Source: an uncultured Gemmatimonadales bacterium | GTDB taxonomy: Bacteria; Gemmatimonadota; Gemmatimonadetes; Longimicrobiales; RSA9 | Assembly: GCA_963798085.1 (NCBI GenBank) | Contig: CAWCRS010000007.1 | Location: 896,001 to 960,000 of the forward strand | Direction: 5' to 3' | Length of the DNA stretch: 64,000 bases | Shown: piece after piece, positions 61,359 to 64,000 of the stretch | Layout: the number at the start of each line of letters is the position of its first letter | Numbering within the stretch: position 1 is the first letter of the stretch | The notes under the pieces: generated by a model | Told to the model about the DNA's origin: nothing | The model's database searches: none | Seen by the model: the letters and a program-made list of their open reading frames with translations, nothing else | Program-made: the position numbers and the translations under genes

Positions 61359-61790
61359 ATGTCGTCGCATGATTCCCTGATCAGAGTCAGCACCGGCGAG
61401 GGACTGCGCACGGAGGTCACGGTGCGTGGCCACCAGCTGACTTCGGACGAGCCCTTGTCGGGCGGCGGCACGGACGCCGGACCCACGCCGTACGATCTGC
61501 TCGCGGCCGCACTGGGATCGTGCATCGGCATGACCCTGCGCCTGTACGCCGACCGCAAGGGCTGGCCGCTCCAGCGTGTGGACGTCACGTTGCGCCACAG
61601 CCGCCTGCACCGCGAGGATTGCGCGCAGTGTCCGGAAGAGGACATCGGCATGGATCGGCTGGAGCGCCGCATCGACCTGACCGGGCCACTCAGCGACGAG
61701 CAGCGTGCGCGCCTGCTCGAGATCGCGGAGCGCTGCCCCGTGCGCCGCACGCTGGGGCGCGGAGTACGCGTCGAGTCGCTGCAGCCCTGA
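61359..61790 (+). CDS. OsmC family protein
   Basis: DEP..GGTDAGPTPYDLLAAALGSC, IAERCPV. Confidence 0.9.
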   Translation: MSSHDSLIRVSTGEGLRTEVTVRGHQLTSDEPLSGGGTDAGPTPYDLLAAALGSCIGMTLRLYADRKGWPLQRVDVTLRHSRLHREDCAQCPEEDIGMDRLERRIDLTGPLSDEQRARLLEIAERCPVRRTLGRGVRVESLQP

Positions 61791-61845
61791 CACACTGTTA
61801 GCCAAACCCGCAGACCAGACCGGCCGCCTGCAGCAGGAAGGAGAC

Positions 61846-62259
61846 ATGGCCATCACCGCCGGCATGAAAGCCAGTCGCACAATGACGGTGACCGCGCAGC
61901 ACGTGCAGAGCTTCGCCGAGCTGACCGGTGACCGCAATCCACTGCATTTCGACGAAGCCTTCGCGGCGGCCACACGCTTCGGCCAGCTGGTCGCGCAGGG
62001 CGGCATCACCACCGGGCTGCTGCACGCGCTGGTGGCCATGGACCTGCCCGGTCCCGGGTCCGTCTTCCTCTCGCAGAACTGGAAATTCACCGCGCCCGTC
62101 TTCATCGGTGACACCATCACGGCGGAAGCCGAAGTGCTGAGCGTGCACCAGACCAAGCCGGTGACGCAGCTGCGCGTGCGCATCGCGCGCAGTGACGGCG
62201 AGACCGTGCTCGAAGGCGAAGCGTGGTGCTATACGATGAAGCCGGCACCCGGCCGATGA
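61846..62259 (+). CDS. MaoC family (R)-hydratase/dehydratase
   Basis: FAELTGDRNPLHFD, LPGPGSVF, FTAPVFIGD; AAGGAG RBS. Confidence 0.9.
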   Translation: MAITAGMKASRTMTVTAQHVQSFAELTGDRNPLHFDEAFAAATRFGQLVAQGGITTGLLHALVAMDLPGPGSVFLSQNWKFTAPVFIGDTITAEAEVLSVHQTKPVTQLRVRIARSDGETVLEGEAWCYTMKPAPGR

Positions 62260-63437
62260 GTCGGATGCCGCTGCGTCTGGCGGCGAGGGGAACGTGGCTG
62301 TGCCTGGCACTGGGAGCAGCCTGTCAGCGCGCGCCCGCCATCGTACACAGCGGTGCGCCCGCCTGGGGCAGCGCCTCACCCTGGGTCGTGGGTGCCACCG
62401 CCAGGCACGTGGTGGGAGGCGCTACCGGCGACGAGGGTTTTGCCGTCTCCGGCGCCGCTCGCCTGGCCGATGGCCGCTTCGTCATCGGCATCGGGGGCCT
62501 GAACGAGGTGCGCATGTACGGACCCAATGGCGCGCTGCAGCACAGCTTCGGAGGCACCGGTATCCGGCCCGGTCAGTTCCGCGCCATTGGCCCGATCCGG
62601 GTGCGCGGGGACACCATTGTGGTGGTGTCTCTGCTGGATTCACGACTCGAGATGTTCGATGACCGCGGCGCGCTCCTGCGCAGCGTCGCGCTGCAGCCGC
62701 CGCTCGGACTCGTGGCGGTCGCACCCTTCGCGCAGCTGGATGACGGTTCCATCCTGGCCTGGGCATCCGAGCCCGGCCCGCCGCTGCCCGTCGCCGGCAC
62801 CACACTGCAGGACACGATCGACATTCTGCGCTACGCGCTGAGCGGCGAGTTGCGCGCCCGGCTGGCCCGCCTGCCGGGCCCCAAACAGCTTGTTACGGAT
62901 GCCGATGGCGGCGTGCGCCAGGTGGCCATGCCGTTCGCTCTGCGGCCCGCGGCCGCGGCAGTGCGTGGTGAAGTCCTCACGGGCAGCGGCGACCAGCCCG
63001 CAGTCGCGGTGCGCGATTCGACCGGTCGCGTGCGCCGCGTCTATGCGTGGACCGCCCCGCGCATGGCGGTGGACTCGGCGCTGCGCGCGCGGTTTCGCGG
63101 TCTCGCGGGCGAGGCGCCCGGCGTGCCCCTGCCTGACAACGTCGCGCGCATTCTCGACGCCATGCGCTTTCCCGACACGCTTCCCGTGTGGCAGGCGCTG
63201 CTCGTCGACGACGATGGCGCAATCTGGGTGGACACGTACCAGCCGCCCTGGCAGGACGATTCCCAATGGACGGTGCTGGACGGCGAGGGGCGATGGCTGG
63301 GCTCGGTCAGACTGCCGCCCGCATTCCAGCCGACGCAGATCGGACACGATTTCGTGCTGGGTCTGCTCAGTGATGACACCGGCAGACACGCCGTGTGGTT
63401 CACATTGACACGGGGTGTGTCCGTGAGCACGCACTGA
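62256..63437 (+). CDS. 6-bladed beta-propeller lipoprotein
   Basis: Lipobox-like GAAC, FGGTGIRPGQF, LLVDDDGAIWV, WTVLDGEGRWLGSV; ATGA overlap with maoC. Confidence 0.75.
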   Translation: MSRMPLRLAARGTWLCLALGAACQRAPAIVHSGAPAWGSASPWVVGATARHVVGGATGDEGFAVSGAARLADGRFVIGIGGLNEVRMYGPNGALQHSFGGTGIRPGQFRAIGPIRVRGDTIVVVSLLDSRLEMFDDRGALLRSVALQPPLGLVAVAPFAQLDDGSILAWASEPGPPLPVAGTTLQDTIDILRYALSGELRARLARLPGPKQLVTDADGGVRQVAMPFALRPAAAAVRGEVLTGSGDQPAVAVRDSTGRVRRVYAWTAPRMAVDSALRARFRGLAGEAPGVPLPDNVARILDAMRFPDTLPVWQALLVDDDGAIWVDTYQPPWQDDSQWTVLDGEGRWLGSVRLPPAFQPTQIGHDFVLGLLSDDTGRHAVWFTLTRGVSVSTH

Positions 63438-63635
63438 CGCGGCAGCTCCGAGCAGTCCCGAGCGCCGCGCGGTTTGTCGCACGTGCGACGAAATTGTGTA
63501 CCGGAAAGTACACGTTCACGCCTCGCATCATTCGCACAACACACTGGAACATCTAGTACTTGCGCGTTTATATTAGCATGTGCCCGCGGCCCCCGGACGC
63601 GGCGGGCGCTGGACGCGCCAACGCAGAGAGGCAGT

Positions 63636-64000
63636 ATGACTCGAAGCAACGAACACACCGGTGATGCAGCAACCCGGACCGTCAATCATTCGCCGGGCCT
63701 GCAAATGAAGATCCGCCTGGTGGTCATTTCGTGCGCGCTGCTGGCGCTTCCTGCGTTCGCGGCCGCGCAGCAGGGCGACGGCTTTCTCTTTCACGCACCG
63801 CGCGCCACGCTGGGGATGCGCGCCAGCTTCCAGTTTGCGCGGGCCGGCAGCGGCATCTTCGATTTCGTCACGCAGCAGCTGACGCTGAATCGTCGTGACT
63901 TCGACACGTTCGGCGTGGCAGGTGATCTCGGCGTCAACCTGAGTGGTCCGCTCGATCTCGTGCTCAGCGGCGGGTATTCCGGCACCACGAAGCACTCCGA
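63636..64000 (+). CDS. Probable outer-membrane beta-barrel protein, 3' truncated (absent from the ORF track)
   Basis: Hand translation: MTRSNEH...MKIRLVVISCALLALPAFAAA-QQGDGFLFHAPRATLGMRASFQFARAGSGIFDFVTQQLTL..., open to the window end; signal peptide and alternating beta-strand pattern. Confidence 0.6.
   Translation, partial: MTRSNEHTGDAATRTVNHSPGLQMKIRLVVISCALLALPAFAAAQQGDGFLFHAPRATLGMRASFQFARAGSGIFDFVTQQLTLNRRDFDTFGVAGDLGVNLSGPLDLVLSGGYSGTTKHS

Noticed and set aside
63546..63574. ECF-type GGAAC...GTT promoter before the last gene
   Set aside because: Spacing is shorter than typical. The AT-rich patch is likely a promoter, but its class cannot be assigned.
39812..64000. Intact integrative element or prophage at the tRNA
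   Set aside because: No integrase, phage or conjugation genes, and no repeat of the tRNA 3' end found by eye.

Overview
GC-rich bacterial chromosomal window. The gene content (SusC/SusD pairs in a high-GC background, ADOP-type permease, TIGR02999-type ECF sigma with a Ser/Thr kinase, 6-bladed propeller lipoproteins) suggests Gemmatimonadota; this is an inference. Left to right: 3' end of a DegP/HtrA protease, mprF, an M19 dipeptidase with a coupled hypothetical gene, Tat-exported phoD, a PH-domain protein, a complete nine-gene V/A-type ATP synthase operon (G-I-K-E-C-F-A-B-D), a GldA/GldF-G/DUF4340-like ABC system, PepSY plus a two-component system, an ABC-2 exporter, a SusC/SusD locus, a ClpC-N-domain/GntR fusion regulator with tandem palindromic operators over a sigma70 promoter, a diheme cytochrome c-TPR protein, a Zn metalloprotease, an 825-aa apparent pseudo-peptidase/propeller protein, tRNA-Met(CAT), a methyltransferase, a HEAT-like/purple acid phosphatase fusion, an S41 peptidase, a second SusC/SusD pair, a heavily frameshifted ADOP permease, beta-helix, TPR and Ig-like lipoproteins, the ECF sigma/kinase pair, a P450-OsmC-MaoC-propeller cluster and a truncated outer-membrane protein. 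Many genes carry single-base indels, most likely long-read assembly errors. No CRISPR array, rRNA, integrase or transposase was seen. The best leads are the ClpC-NTD-GntR regulator (a possible phosphoarginine or peptide-antibiotic sensor analogous to mycobacterial ClpC2), a dispersed TGTTAG/CTAACA motif that accounts for most TTAG/CTAA words and forces rare codons, and the catalytically degenerate peptidase-propeller fusion.
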